From positions 26,681 to 90,680 of the IMG/VR virus record IMGVR_UViG_3300029841_000117: a stretch of DNA of 64,000 bases; one strand, given 5' to 3'. Below the pieces are notes generated by a model. That model searched no databases and was not told the DNA's origin. It saw nothing but the letters and a program-made list of their open reading frames with translations. This document shows positions 18,424-28,293 of the stretch, piece after piece. The translations under genes were made by a program, and so were the position numbers. Position 1 is the stretch's first letter. Each line of letters begins with the position of its first letter. The stretch comes from a virus. Taxonomy: Duplodnaviria > Heunggongvirae > Uroviricota > Caudoviricetes.

Positions 18424-19044
18424 TCAACCAAGGTTGCACACAATTTCAACCTCTCCAACTGCATTGTCGCCCAAGATATGTAGCAAAGAATTCGCAATCA
18501 TGTTGACATCAATTCTCCCGTTAAAGCACAATGAAAAGCGCTTCATATCCATACTCTGTTTGGAAGCTACTTCGTCCAACTTGGTAGCTGGTACATCTTC
18601 TACTTCTACTTCGGCATCCTCATCAGATGTTTTCCCATGCAGCAATTCATCCCACGCATCCTTTTGCGCTGTACTCATAGAGTGACCAACTGGGAACTTG
18701 ATATTCAGCTTGTTCATTTGGATATGCCGACGAATCGTAAGTGGTTGCACTCCGAACATGGCGGCAAAACTCGTTGCGTTAGCGCCATAGTTTTCCATCA
18801 TGTGTTTGAGATACTCTTCTTGCATTGAAGCCGTCAGTGCCTTGAAGTCATCCCATGTAATTGGCTGGTTCAAATTAACGGTCACAACTTTCCCATTCCT
18901 TTCCTTCCATTGTTTTTGCGTCATGTGGTCTGTTGACATTGAGCATTTCTTGCTCTTGCTTCCGCACTTGCGGTACTTTGCTTGCTGTGCAATACGTTTA
19001 CGCTGCCAGCAATCATACTCAAAATCAGACATCATTGCGCACAC
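18424..19044 (-). CDS. Hypothetical protein with possible C-terminal HTH (SFAAMFGVQPLTIRRHIQ)
   Basis: ORF in the minus-strand array. Cys-rich N-terminus. Confidence 0.4.
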   Translation of the reverse strand: MCAMMSDFEYDCWQRKRIAQQAKYRKCGSKSKKCSMSTDHMTQKQWKERNGKVVTVNLNQPITWDDFKALTASMQEEYLKHMMENYGANATSFAAMFGVQPLTIRRHIQMNKLNIKFPVGHSMSTAQKDAWDELLHGKTSDEDAEVEVEDVPATKLDEVASKQSMDMKRFSLCFNGRIDVNMIANSLLHILGDNAVGEVEIVCNLG

Positions 19045-19250
19045 CTCATTCTCTTCGAAACTTCGAACTTATCCTCAAGTTCTTTCGGTGTCCGTGCTTT
19101 TCCAAGCTTCTTAAACTCTCCGTCAACAAGCTCATACAGGAAATAAAACTCACGGCTCTCTTTACTGGTAAGAATAAAGCAGAGCTCATGCTCGGCATTA
19201 TAATATCCAACCCAGACTCTTTCACCTTTGGGGTATTTGGGTTCAGCCAA
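19032..19250 (-). CDS. Hypothetical small protein
   Basis: ORF overlapping its neighbours by a few nt (translational coupling). Confidence 0.3.
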   Translation of the reverse strand: MAEPKYPKGERVWVGYYNAEHELCFILTSKESREFYFLYELVDGEFKKLGKARTPKELEDKFEVSKRMRCAQ

Positions 19251-20589
19251 GAAGCTCCACCGCCCTCTGCATCAAAGCATTGTGTTCGTTTTCTAAAGCA
19301 CCCGAAATCACTTCATCTAAAAGGCTGTTAAGGATTTCGCCAACACGTTTCCCTTGTTCAATGCCGAGGTTCACAATATCTCTTCCGTTGATTTGCAAGT
19401 CTTTTAATGCGAAACACTGCTCCGCTTCTAAAACCTCAGACATAATGGAACCGAGTGCAATGCATCTTTCGATTCTGGACTCCTGTGTACCCTCTGCATG
19501 GGCAAGAATATCAGCCATCCGCACATCCAAAAACTGTGAGAACCGACGTTCACCGAGTTTATGCAGCCATTTGCGGACTGTGCGGGGTGTTGGCTCAATC
19601 ATAGTGTCGTGATAAAGCACGAGTTCAAGAACTTCCTGCTTTGTCTTATTATCGAACCGCAGTCTATCCAAAACTTGTTCTGCAATATCACGGCTTGGTA
19701 CCCCATGACCGTGGAAGTGCCCACCGTTTTCATCTTCAGTGTAGCATTGTGGCTTTCCGATGTCGTGGAGTAGTAAGGCTACCTTAACAGACACATCGGT
19801 ACCCTTGTAGTTCGCAACAGCGTGGGCAATATGCTCGTACACAGTGTATTGATGATACTTGTTGTTCTGTTCAAACCCAATGCAAGGCTCCATTTCTGGA
19901 ATAATCGTCGCAATAACATCTGAGAAATTCAGCAGCACATTTAAGATGCCGTCGCCGAGCAGCATTTTGCAAAGCTCGCCATTGATTCGCTCTGCAGCAA
20001 TACGTTTTAGCATCCAAGCATCCTTGTGGATGGCAGCGGCTGTCTGTTCTTCGATAGAAAAGCCATAGGTCGCTGCGAATCTCAGCGCTCGCAAAATGCG
20101 AAGCGCATCTTCTTCAAAACGCTCATCAGGATTGCCAACACAGCGAATAATCCCTGCTTGTAAATCATCTCTCCCGTGGAAGGGGTCAATCAATCCAGCA
20201 CTGTTGTACGCCATAGCGTTGATGGTGAAATCCCTGCGAGACAAGTCCTTATAAATGCTCTCGGTAAACTCCACATAATCAGGGTGCCTCCCGTCTGTAT
20301 AGTTTCCATCAATTCGAAACGTTGTGACCTCATACTTCCCAACAGTGCCCATGTCAACCGTTACTGTTCCATGCTGCAGCCCAGTATCAATTGTCTTTAT
20401 GCCACGACGATGCATTAGTTCCTTAACTTCGTCCGGTGTAGCAGAGGTACAGATATCCCAATCTTTTGGTTCTTTCCCAAGCAGACTGTCTCGGACACAT
20501 CCGCCAACCACATATGCCTCATGGTTTTCATATCGGAGATTCAGCAGAACTGCTCGCGCACCTTTAGGGATAGAAATCCTATGCATCAA
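19243..20589 (-). CDS. cca: tRNA nucleotidyltransferase (CCA-adding enzyme) with HD domain
   Basis: GGCVRDSLLG + DWD Pol-beta head motif of class II CCA enzymes. C-terminal HD motif LLLHDIGKP. Confidence 0.75.
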   Translation of the reverse strand: MMHRISIPKGARAVLLNLRYENHEAYVVGGCVRDSLLGKEPKDWDICTSATPDEVKELMHRRGIKTIDTGLQHGTVTVDMGTVGKYEVTTFRIDGNYTDGRHPDYVEFTESIYKDLSRRDFTINAMAYNSAGLIDPFHGRDDLQAGIIRCVGNPDERFEEDALRILRALRFAATYGFSIEEQTAAAIHKDAWMLKRIAAERINGELCKMLLGDGILNVLLNFSDVIATIIPEMEPCIGFEQNNKYHQYTVYEHIAHAVANYKGTDVSVKVALLLHDIGKPQCYTEDENGGHFHGHGVPSRDIAEQVLDRLRFDNKTKQEVLELVLYHDTMIEPTPRTVRKWLHKLGERRFSQFLDVRMADILAHAEGTQESRIERCIALGSIMSEVLEAEQCFALKDLQINGRDIVNLGIEQGKRVGEILNSLLDEVISGALENEHNALMQRAVELLG

Positions 20590-21601
20590 TCGCCCTCCTG
20601 TTTACACTCATAACGAACTCCTCAACTTTCTTCATATCCGGGTTATCTGGGAGGCTCGTGTTTTGCTTTGCATAATTGAGTCGTTTTTCAAAGTCAGAAA
20701 CCATTTCAAAAAACTCTGGTCTATATGTTCCATCTTCCAGTTGATAGTCACCCTTACGGATACTCATCAGCAGAGGCAGGTCATCACCACGATATGTGAC
20801 AATATCCTCTTTCTCCAGAATATCCAAGCAGAGAAGGTACAAGCGAATAAGATGCATCGCGTGTTTGTTCAAATGCTCATCGTCCTTCTTGTGGTTTCTG
20901 TGGTTGAGCTTCTCATACGTCCCGATAACATTCGTCAGGTCGTTGATTACACTATTGAACTCTCTGACCGGATACTTTTTAAGCTGGATATCTGCAAAAA
21001 TCTCACGGTCTAAATCCTCTCGCGGACTCTCATCTGTATAGAGAACAATGCTGCCGTTTTCAAAAATTGTGTATCGACTCTCAAATGATTTAACGGCGCC
21101 TTTCATAGAGTTGAGAATATGTTCCTCTCTTCTTGCCTGTGACAGCCTATCTCGCGCAAGAGCATTCTCCAAGCGCCGGAGCTGCTGATTCGCATAACCT
21201 CCAAAAGAATGAACTGCTCGTTTGGACAGAAACATTTTTCTGTTGGCAATCATTTCTCTGCCAATGTCTGAGATATAGAAATAGTGCTCTGGCTTACACC
21301 CAAGCATTTCAATCGTATTTGGATTACAATTTAGGAGCAGGCTCACCAGCTTATTAAAAGCATAGATTGTCGTATCCGTTTGTGTATTAACGACCTGCTC
21401 AAAGCTCGTCAGACCAAGCAAATCTGATTCGCTGTTCAACGCACACCCTCTTACATCAACATCGGATGTTTCGACGTTTGTTCCATAGGAATAGCTGCCA
21501 CCAAGCGTAAGAAAGATAATCTTGCTCCCGAGGTGCTCGTTTGTTCTAAGGAAATCATAAGCAGAACCGTTGACCATCTCTTTGATTTGCTCAATCGTCA
21601 T
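20579..21601 (-). CDS. Pol-beta-superfamily nucleotidyltransferase of unknown specificity
   Basis: GGSYSYGTNVETSDVDVRG fits the GS-x10-DxD minimal NTase signature. Long helical C-terminal region. Confidence 0.5.
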   Translation of the reverse strand: MTIEQIKEMVNGSAYDFLRTNEHLGSKIIFLTLGGSYSYGTNVETSDVDVRGCALNSESDLLGLTSFEQVVNTQTDTTIYAFNKLVSLLLNCNPNTIEMLGCKPEHYFYISDIGREMIANRKMFLSKRAVHSFGGYANQQLRRLENALARDRLSQARREEHILNSMKGAVKSFESRYTIFENGSIVLYTDESPREDLDREIFADIQLKKYPVREFNSVINDLTNVIGTYEKLNHRNHKKDDEHLNKHAMHLIRLYLLCLDILEKEDIVTYRGDDLPLLMSIRKGDYQLEDGTYRPEFFEMVSDFEKRLNYAKQNTSLPDNPDMKKVEEFVMSVNRRAIDA

Positions 21602-21605
21602 AACC

Positions 21606-22820
21606 TTACTCCTTTTCTTCTCTCGCCCTGAGTGCTGAAATGCACCCAGCTAAAATCTGTGCAGCTCTTACGGCTTCATCAGCCGTGTTTTTCTTTGAGA
21701 ACGAAATTCTGATGGAAGACCGCGCTTCATCTTTGGACAATCCCATTGCAGATAAAACGTGACTTGGTTCTGCTTCGTGACTCCTACACGCAGACCCGGC
21801 AGAAACACAAACTCCCTTGCCGTCCAACATAAGCAAGAGCGTTTCGCCATCGACGCCGTCCATTCTCAAGTTAATTGTCTTTCCGGGTGTAAGAATCGAC
21901 ATACCATTTACATGGACGCAGCTTTCATCACCCGTATCTTTAAGCGCTTCATTCAGCGCCATGAAAAATCGCTGTTTCAATGTTGAAACCCACACCGTAT
22001 CTTCGTGCAAACTCTTCGATGAAATCTCACAAGCCTTTCCGAATCCTACGATACCAGCAACATTTTCTGTTCCACCCCTCAGCCCGAACTCTTGCTCTGA
22101 ACCACCATATACAATGGGCGTAAGTTTGGACTTATCCTTTGCGTACAAAGCTCCAATGCCTTTACACCCATGAATCTTATGTGATGACACCGAAAGGAAA
22201 TCGCAACCGATTTTCACTACATCAATAGGATAGCATCCTGCAGCTTGCACGCAATCTGTGTGGAACAGAATCCCGCGCTTCATGCAAATCGTTCCAATAT
22301 CTTCGATTGGGTTGATTGCGCCTGTTTCATTGTTCGCAAACATCACAGATACGAGCCCCGTATCTGCCCGTAATGCGTCCTCAATGACAGCAGGAGAGAC
22401 CCTGCACTCACTGGATACCGGAATATACTCTACATGAAACCCGTCTTTTATAAGCGATTCTGCGGCTCGTAGGACGGAATCATGCTCAACAGCCGATACC
22501 AAAATGTGCGTCTTACCGATACTCTTCAGATAGTCCTTCAAACCCCGAAAGACTAAATTGTTTGCTTCGCTACCACCAGATGTAAAAATGATTTGCTCTG
22601 GTTCTGCGTTGATTAAAGCTGCCACTTGCGCTCTGGCTTTCTGCACAGCCTCATTCGCAGCTCGTCCAAACTTATAGAGGGTTCCTGCATTACCATACTC
22701 CGTTGTCAGGTATGGCATCATTGCTTCAAGAACCCGTTCATCCATTTGTGTGGTGGCAGCATTGTCAAGGTAAATCACAAGTGACCACTCCTTTTGTTTT
22801 ATATGATGCACTAATACCAC
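21606..22820 (-). CDS. iscS: Cysteine desulfurase (IscS/NifS class V aminotransferase)
   Basis: IYLDNAATTQ N-terminus, PLP-lysine block SVSSHKIHGCKG and a C-terminal active-site Cys loop. Confidence 0.8.
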   Translation of the reverse strand: MVLVHHIKQKEWSLVIYLDNAATTQMDERVLEAMMPYLTTEYGNAGTLYKFGRAANEAVQKARAQVAALINAEPEQIIFTSGGSEANNLVFRGLKDYLKSIGKTHILVSAVEHDSVLRAAESLIKDGFHVEYIPVSSECRVSPAVIEDALRADTGLVSVMFANNETGAINPIEDIGTICMKRGILFHTDCVQAAGCYPIDVVKIGCDFLSVSSHKIHGCKGIGALYAKDKSKLTPIVYGGSEQEFGLRGGTENVAGIVGFGKACEISSKSLHEDTVWVSTLKQRFFMALNEALKDTGDESCVHVNGMSILTPGKTINLRMDGVDGETLLLMLDGKGVCVSAGSACRSHEAEPSHVLSAMGLSKDEARSSIRISFSKKNTADEAVRAAQILAGCISALRAREEKE

Positions 22821-22866
22821 TCATCAAGCGCCTTTCAAAGCCTTGTGGCACAAGTGATTCAAGCCA

Positions 22867-23457
22867 TCATTTATTTCTAACAGCCTCGTTATGCGAATTT
22901 GCCGCAATGATTTCATCAAGCGTCCGAGGCGTGTAGTCCATCCACGGCATCATTGCTCCGACATTAAACATCTGGCAAGGTGTCGTGTACAGTTCCTCCA
23001 TCAGATACTTGTCATGCTCCATCATGTTCCACTCGAAAGAATTGTGGACGTGTCCATACAAGTGGAAGGAACCGTAAAAGTGATTCTTAAAGCACGGAAT
23101 TGGGTAATGGCAAAGAATCACTGTTCGACCGCTGTCCTTCACTTCGAGATACTCTGTGACCTTAACAAACTCCCGCAAGAACTTGTTGTCATTGCACCGG
23201 TCATGGTTCCCTTTAATCAGGAACTTCTGTCCTTTTAAGGAACGCAAAATAGGGATAGCATCTTGTGCCTTACACCAGAACATATCCCCAAGAACATACA
23301 CAATATCGCCCGGAGAAACCACTGCATTCCACCGGTCAACCAGTGCTTCGTCCATCTCCAGAAGCGATTTGAACGGACGGTTATCAAAGGCAATCACGTT
23401 TGCATGACCATAATGCCAATCTGAAATGTAGAACTGTTTATTGCTTTGTTCTTGCAT
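22867..23457 (-). CDS. Calcineurin-like metallophosphoesterase
   Basis: ISDWHYGH, GDMF, GNHD and a conserved His-rich C-terminus. Confidence 0.6.
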   Translation of the reverse strand: MQEQSNKQFYISDWHYGHANVIAFDNRPFKSLLEMDEALVDRWNAVVSPGDIVYVLGDMFWCKAQDAIPILRSLKGQKFLIKGNHDRCNDNKFLREFVKVTEYLEVKDSGRTVILCHYPIPCFKNHFYGSFHLYGHVHNSFEWNMMEHDKYLMEELYTTPCQMFNVGAMMPWMDYTPRTLDEIIAANSHNEAVRNK

Positions 23458-23740
23458 TTTTTAACTCCTCGATTCTGTCTGCCGCAAGAACGAGCAGCCA
23501 CTTTGGAACACGACTCTCATCTCCCATTCGTCCCGGTGCAAGCGTTGTTCCGTATTGACGGAGGAGAATGACCACTTCGTCATCCAGAATCTGCTTGGCT
23601 ACGTCGTGCAGGTTTCCGATTGCCTGTAATCTTTGCGGCTCGCGCGACTTTCTTTTAAGGTACTCCGGCTTGCTTGCTGGACATTCATAGCAAGAATACA
23701 TCTCATAAATACCACAGCCACCGTCTTTATAGCAACTCAT
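23438..23740 (-). CDS. Hypothetical Cys-containing small protein
   Basis: ORF in the array. Confidence 0.3.
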   Translation of the reverse strand: MSCYKDGGCGIYEMYSCYECPASKPEYLKRKSREPQRLQAIGNLHDVAKQILDDEVVILLRQYGTTLAPGRMGDESRVPKWLLVLAADRIEELKNARTKQ

Positions 23741-23751
23741 ATTTTTCCTCC

Positions 23752-24066
23752 TTAGAACGGAAGGCGTTCGTCTTGCTCAACACGAATAAGCTCCCGAACC
23801 CTTAGCAAAAACTCTTCCTCATCCAAAGCTTGGATGTCTTGGTATCGTAGATACTCAATCAATTCATGGACAGCCGTTGTCAGGGCTATATCGATTTTGT
23901 TTTCGATATCTGTCTGCTGGTTCAGGAACTCTTCTGTGTGCTGCCTGTTTCGTTCTATTGTGGTGACTAAATCTCCTCGTGTATTTTCGAGGCGGCATTC
24001 TAAACGTCCGAGTTTCTCATAGATATCGCAAATACAAGTAGCAACTTCAGCCGGTGTCATATCCAT
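23752..24066 (-). CDS. Hypothetical protein
   Basis: ORF in the array. Confidence 0.35.
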   Translation of the reverse strand: MDMTPAEVATCICDIYEKLGRLECRLENTRGDLVTTIERNRQHTEEFLNQQTDIENKIDIALTTAVHELIEYLRYQDIQALDEEEFLLRVRELIRVEQDERLPF

Positions 24067-24881
24067 TTTTCAACATACTCTCTTTCTTGCGAGAAAATGG
24101 GAGGCTCTCGGTCAATAACCCAACGGTTTCTGAAAACTTCAACCGTTTCAGTCTTATTGAGGATAGAGACGGTCTCTCTAACTCTTGTTTTGTAACAAGC
24201 CGAACCACGCTTACAGTCAACAGGGAAGTCATTCCAGTTGATACCGCAGTCCTTCCAGAGCATATCTTGAATAACGTTACAGCTTTTACCATGAAGCTCT
24301 TTCTGGCTAAAGTTTGCCTGCCCAACTGCCTCGATACTGTTGCGGGTTGCATCTTGCTGACGCCAAATCAGGCAGTTGCAAACTTCGTCTTTGGGAATAG
24401 AAAAAACTCTGGCATCAAACATGGCTGTACCCATCTTTGCGACCAGAGTTTCAATGTACTTATTTGTGCCATTGTTACTGTTGCGCATCGCTTCTGGGAA
24501 GTTTTTCCACAGCTCAGCAGTATAGGCATTTGAAAAAGCGAGCGTAGCCATTGAAGCGGAAACGCTGCACATCTTTTGGATGTTGTATCCGAACCATGCA
24601 TCCGTTGTGATTGTCGCATAGTCTGTAAGCACCAACGTGATTTCATCTGACTGCGTATATCCGAAGACACAGCCCTGAATGTTTTCACACAGGTACTTCA
24701 TTGTATTTTGCATCGTTGTCATCAAGATACGGTCAAATGGCTTTTCCATACCTCTTGTGAATGTATGAAACGCCTTGCCGTCCACTCTGATAATGGTTGG
24801 AATCCGACGAGTCAAATAGTTGCGAGCAATATTCTCGTAGCCTTTCATTCTGTCGCCGAGTGAATCATATTTCTTACTCAA
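24057..24881 (-). CDS. Thg1-like protein (tRNA-His guanylyltransferase family 3'-5' nucleotidyltransferase)
   Basis: TIIRVDGKAFHTF, GYTQSDEITLVL and the SVSASMATLAFSNAY block align with the human THG1 motifs VVVRLDGRNFHRF, AYGQSDEYSFVF and THVASQFASSY. Confidence 0.75.
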   Translation of the reverse strand: MSKKYDSLGDRMKGYENIARNYLTRRIPTIIRVDGKAFHTFTRGMEKPFDRILMTTMQNTMKYLCENIQGCVFGYTQSDEITLVLTDYATITTDAWFGYNIQKMCSVSASMATLAFSNAYTAELWKNFPEAMRNSNNGTNKYIETLVAKMGTAMFDARVFSIPKDEVCNCLIWRQQDATRNSIEAVGQANFSQKELHGKSCNVIQDMLWKDCGINWNDFPVDCKRGSACYKTRVRETVSILNKTETVEVFRNRWVIDREPPIFSQEREYVEKWI

Positions 24882-24924
24882 GTGGGTTCACCTCCAAAGT
24901 ATGTATGCAGGCTTGCACCTGCAA

Positions 24925-25425
24925 TTATGATGCGAAGTATCCAGACGGCATCTCAACAAATGGATATGCCGGAGTGGGAATCAGGCACAGACCAGTTTCT
25001 GTGCAAGCATTTGGTTGGTTCATGTCAGTTGCTTGTTTGAGGTCGAAGATGATGACGCCTTCATCTGCGAAGCGAACACCCGGCGCCTTTAACGGAACAT
25101 TCATCTCGACACCAATACCGGCTTTTACAAGCGCCGTCAGCGCACGATTTCCAACCGGAATCATTCTCTTCTTGGGCTTTCCGTCTTTCGTAGAATCCGA
25201 TGTAAAGAACTTCATCGCGTTCGGCGTTTCTTTGGCACAAGGCTGCAACGCAATCTGCGTTTTGTCTCTGCTGATAAACAGCCGCACAAACGGCGGATAG
25301 CCAATCTCGGAAGCTGTTGCAAGGTTAAAGGAGATGCGGTTCTTCAGGATTCGAACCTCTGCAATACTGAATGTACGAGGAACACCAACCACATCAAAGT
25401 TGTCTAAGATACTCATTGTTTCCAT
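24925..25425 (-). CDS. Hypothetical protein
   Basis: ORF in the array. Confidence 0.35.
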   Translation of the reverse strand: METMSILDNFDVVGVPRTFSIAEVRILKNRISFNLATASEIGYPPFVRLFISRDKTQIALQPCAKETPNAMKFFTSDSTKDGKPKKRMIPVGNRALTALVKAGIGVEMNVPLKAPGVRFADEGVIIFDLKQATDMNQPNACTETGLCLIPTPAYPFVEMPSGYFAS

Positions 25426-26476
25426 CCTTTCGAGGTTTAATTACAAAAAAGCCATCCAATATCCGAGGGACATCAGATGCAGACAAATCTGCCACCTCAT
25501 CAACTGATGGAACCGGAACGACATTTTCGCCCTTTAGAATCTGTTGCACCTCAAGCCAAAGTTCTCTCGGAATAATCGCTTCGTGATAGCCTTGGATAAA
25601 AAACTGGTTAGCACGTCCGTCGTTCCGAATAGAGCGATGCGAAAAGATATCCACGGTAACGGTCTTCTGCATCAAAACGTCACCGGAATATTTCTCATTT
25701 GTCAAGATTGTCTTTACCGTAGAGTATGTCCACTGACCACCTCGTGGGGATGGAATACCTTGCTGGTTTAAGATGTAGCAGATTTCAGGAATCGTTTTGT
25801 CATCGTAGAACATTTGATAAATCAGCCGCACAACATTCGCTTCAGGTTCGTAAATCTCCAGCAGCCTCTTATCTCTGGTGTACCCATAGAGGTCTGCGAG
25901 CTTTGGGAGCCCCTTCTCAAATCTTTTCTGGAACCCCCATTTCACGCTCTCAGACTTTGCTTCTGACTCGCCTTGCGCAATAGCAGCCATAACGACCATC
26001 AGAAGCTCGCCGGTCTGTGTCAAGGTATTGATTGCAATATCCTCAAAATAAACAGCAACCGGCTTGTCCAGTGCCTTGAGCATACGCACAGTGGCAACGC
26101 AGTCAACAACATTTCGTGCGAACCTTGCAATGTTCTTCACGATAATCATGTCGATTTTGCCTGCTTTACAATCATCAATCATCCGTAAGAAGTCCGTGCG
26201 TTTCTTTACGGAAGTCCCAGAAATCCCTTCATCGGCGTAGATGTCATAAAGCCGCCACCCCGGATGCTTCGACACATATTCTTTGTAATACTGGCACTGC
26301 AGCTCGTAGCTTGCGAGCTGGTCTTTGTTGTCCGTACTGACTCTGCAATACGGCGCGACCACCAATGGGTCTTCTTCGCTGTGCTCAGTAGTCTTTTTAA
26401 TCGAAGCGGGAATACACTGGACTTGTGCGCTATGCTCATAAGCATTGCGTATCTCATTTTGTTTATTTGTTTCCAA
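25394..26476 (-). CDS. Serine recombinase (resolvase/invertase catalytic domain + recombinase domain)
   Basis: Catalytic-serine block APYCRVSTDNKDQLASYELQ followed by a recombinase-domain-like region. No obvious C-terminal zinc ribbon. Confidence 0.7.
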   Translation of the reverse strand: METNKQNEIRNAYEHSAQVQCIPASIKKTTEHSEEDPLVVAPYCRVSTDNKDQLASYELQCQYYKEYVSKHPGWRLYDIYADEGISGTSVKKRTDFLRMIDDCKAGKIDMIIVKNIARFARNVVDCVATVRMLKALDKPVAVYFEDIAINTLTQTGELLMVVMAAIAQGESEAKSESVKWGFQKRFEKGLPKLADLYGYTRDKRLLEIYEPEANVVRLIYQMFYDDKTIPEICYILNQQGIPSPRGGQWTYSTVKTILTNEKYSGDVLMQKTVTVDIFSHRSIRNDGRANQFFIQGYHEAIIPRELWLEVQQILKGENVVPVPSVDEVADLSASDVPRILDGFFVIKPRKDGNNEYLRQL

Positions 26477-26527
26477 CTTGTGTCACCCCTTTCGAATATG
26501 TATCTGTAACTTAGGGTGACCTATCGA

Positions 26528-26687
26528 GATGCGGGTGGGGATTTGCACCCCACAACCATTAGTCGTGCACTTTCAACACGATTGACGCTTGCAACCGCCG
26601 CGCAGTATGTCTTGCGCCGCCCTGACTGCCGTTTCTATGGGTGTTTATTAACACCAGCAGCGCGTCTACCTGTTCCGTCACCGCATC
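26528..26687 (-). other. Oversized tRNA-like element A (160 nt)
   Basis: Minus strand: acceptor GATGCGG pairs perfectly with the 3' CCGCATC. D-arm-like ACGGAACAGGTAGACGCG. A T-arm-like hairpin GTGGGGTGCAAATCCCCAC with G at loop position 55. About 115 nt lie between the D-arm and T-arm. No CCA. Confidence 0.4.
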
Positions 26688-26691
26688 ATCG

Positions 26692-26991
26692 TTATCTCAG
26701 GGTATTGAACAGAGGAGGAGCTGTTACCTGCGCAGGAGTATCTCGCTCAATGGCGAAGATTTTCCAGTCAAAGTTCTTACCATACCGTTCAGCCCACGCA
26801 ATGTCCTCAAGAACCACGGCGTTCTCATTCAGGTCTTCGCCTTCAAGATAAGACTCTTTGACTTCGTCAGGAGAGATATCGTAAACCTCGGCGACACGTC
26901 GGCACATCTCATCATGCGCCGCATCGTGCGTATCGAAATACTCAGGCTCGGAAATTTCTCGCTCCATTACTTCAATCAGCATATACTTCAT
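26692..26991 (-). CDS. Hypothetical acidic protein
   Basis: ORF in the array. Confidence 0.35.
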   Translation of the reverse strand: MKYMLIEVMEREISEPEYFDTHDAAHDEMCRRVAEVYDISPDEVKESYLEGEDLNENAVVLEDIAWAERYGKNFDWKIFAIERDTPAQVTAPPLFNTLR

Positions 26992-27019
26992 AGCATTTTC
27001 TCCTTATAAAACTCAGGTT

Positions 27020-27328
27020 TTATTCGTAACATACGAACACATGACCCACGAAATCACCGCCACCAATGAGATACGAGCCAACATATTTCAGTCTGTCCTT
27101 CTCATCTTCCCGGATTTCCTCGCCGGTCATTTTTGTTACAACCTTCATTGGATATGTCTGATTCTCGGTATCAACCATGCACCAAAGGCAAGGTCGAATC
27201 ACGTCTTGAACATCCACATGAAGAACTTGTTCGTTGCATCTTGCAACGCGGTCATCGAAGTACAACATCGGGATATTGATTACCTGTTCTGCTGTAATCT
27301 CCAATGGATACTTGTAGATTACTCTCAC
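27020..27328 (-). CDS. Hypothetical protein
   Basis: ORF in the array. Confidence 0.35.
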   Translation of the reverse strand: MRVIYKYPLEITAEQVINIPMLYFDDRVARCNEQVLHVDVQDVIRPCLWCMVDTENQTYPMKVVTKMTGEEIREDEKDRLKYVGSYLIGGGDFVGHVFVCYE

Positions 27329-27337
27329 GTTTGCCTC

Positions 27338-27886
27338 CTATAGATTTAGAGATTCCAAAAGCTCTCGTTGCGGCGAGAACTCTTTATACAATTCGACCTC
27401 CTTGGTCAGCCGAGCCAAGATTGCTTCTTCCTTGACCGCGTACCTGCCCAAGTAAACTTTCTTATGGTTATAAGTAATGCTGGCAACCCACTTCTTACGT
27501 TGTTTGTCGAAGTAGACGCCAGCGACACCAGACGTATTGCACGAATACAGGCTGCGGTTTCTGTCGTTCTCAGAACGCTCGCAACACCGCAAGTTTTTCT
27601 TCCTGTTATCCGCTTTGTTTTTGTTGATGTGGTCAACGCATTGACCGGGCTTTGCGTGCATCACAAGTCGATGGAACCGGACAAAGCGTCGAACGCCATT
27701 ATAAAAGTAGCTGCTGACAAGATAACCGTCCTTGTCACAGTACCAACTGTCGCGCCCCTTGATAAGGGGGAGGTCTTCCAAATCAAAAAGGAATTCGGTC
27801 GTCTTGATTCGCAGGATACCGTATGTATCGAGAAGTTCAATCCGCATTATGTTCTGTCCAATCCGGCTTGAAGGCGTGTAAAACAT
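27338..27886 (-). CDS. HNH homing endonuclease with AP2 DNA-binding domain
   Basis: HNH_3-like block CVDHINKNKADNRKKNLR and AP2-like block SGVAGVYFDKQRKKWVASITYNHKKVYLGRY. Confidence 0.6.
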   Translation of the reverse strand: MFYTPSSRIGQNIMRIELLDTYGILRIKTTEFLFDLEDLPLIKGRDSWYCDKDGYLVSSYFYNGVRRFVRFHRLVMHAKPGQCVDHINKNKADNRKKNLRCCERSENDRNRSLYSCNTSGVAGVYFDKQRKKWVASITYNHKKVYLGRYAVKEEAILARLTKEVELYKEFSPQRELLESLNL

Positions 27887-28034
27887 GGTATGCCATCTCG
27901 GTAACTATCTCCAACCTAATTCCAATAGCGTCTGCCATTGTCTTATTCACACTACACGCCAAGAACCTGTCGAAAGACCCGTTCTCTTCGTAATCACAAA
28001 TGGCATTCTCAATCAAGTGTTCTGCATCACTCAT
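27837..28034 (-). CDS. Hypothetical small protein
   Basis: Short ORF overlapping the HNH gene start by about 50 nt. Confidence 0.25.
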   Translation of the reverse strand: MSDAEHLIENAICDYEENGSFDRFLACSVNKTMADAIGIRLEIVTEMAYHVLHAFKPDWTEHNAD

Positions 28035-28151
28035 TCTTCACCACCTCCCACAACATTGTTTGTAACCGCTTTCCGCATCGGTCGTTTCTCTAAACCCCTC
28101 AACCGATGTGCATGGGCATTGGTCGTAAACCAGAACTCACGAGCGTTGCTT

Positions 28152-28176
28152 GCAATGCGAGTGAGTAAAAGAAAAA
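28152..28176 (-). terminator. Rho-independent terminator
   Basis: Minus strand GCCCGC-tac-GCGGGC followed by GGTTTTTCTTTT. Confidence 0.45.
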
Positions 28177-28225
28177 CCGCCCGCGTAGCGGGCTTCTGGT
28201 TTACGAGCATAGTGCCGAATTCTTG

Positions 28226-28245
28226 CTTTTGCCTTTGGCGAAAAG
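28226..28245. repeat. Dispersed hairpin family, copy 1: CTTTT-GCCTTTGGCG-AAAAG
   Basis: Same 10-nt loop as the copies at 49077 and 50604, with a different but complementary stem. Lies about 50 nt downstream of a leftward gene stop. Confidence 0.5.
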
Positions 28246-28293
28246 CTGCTGAGAGAAATATGTATAACAGCAAATCTACAAAGCGGTCGTTGC

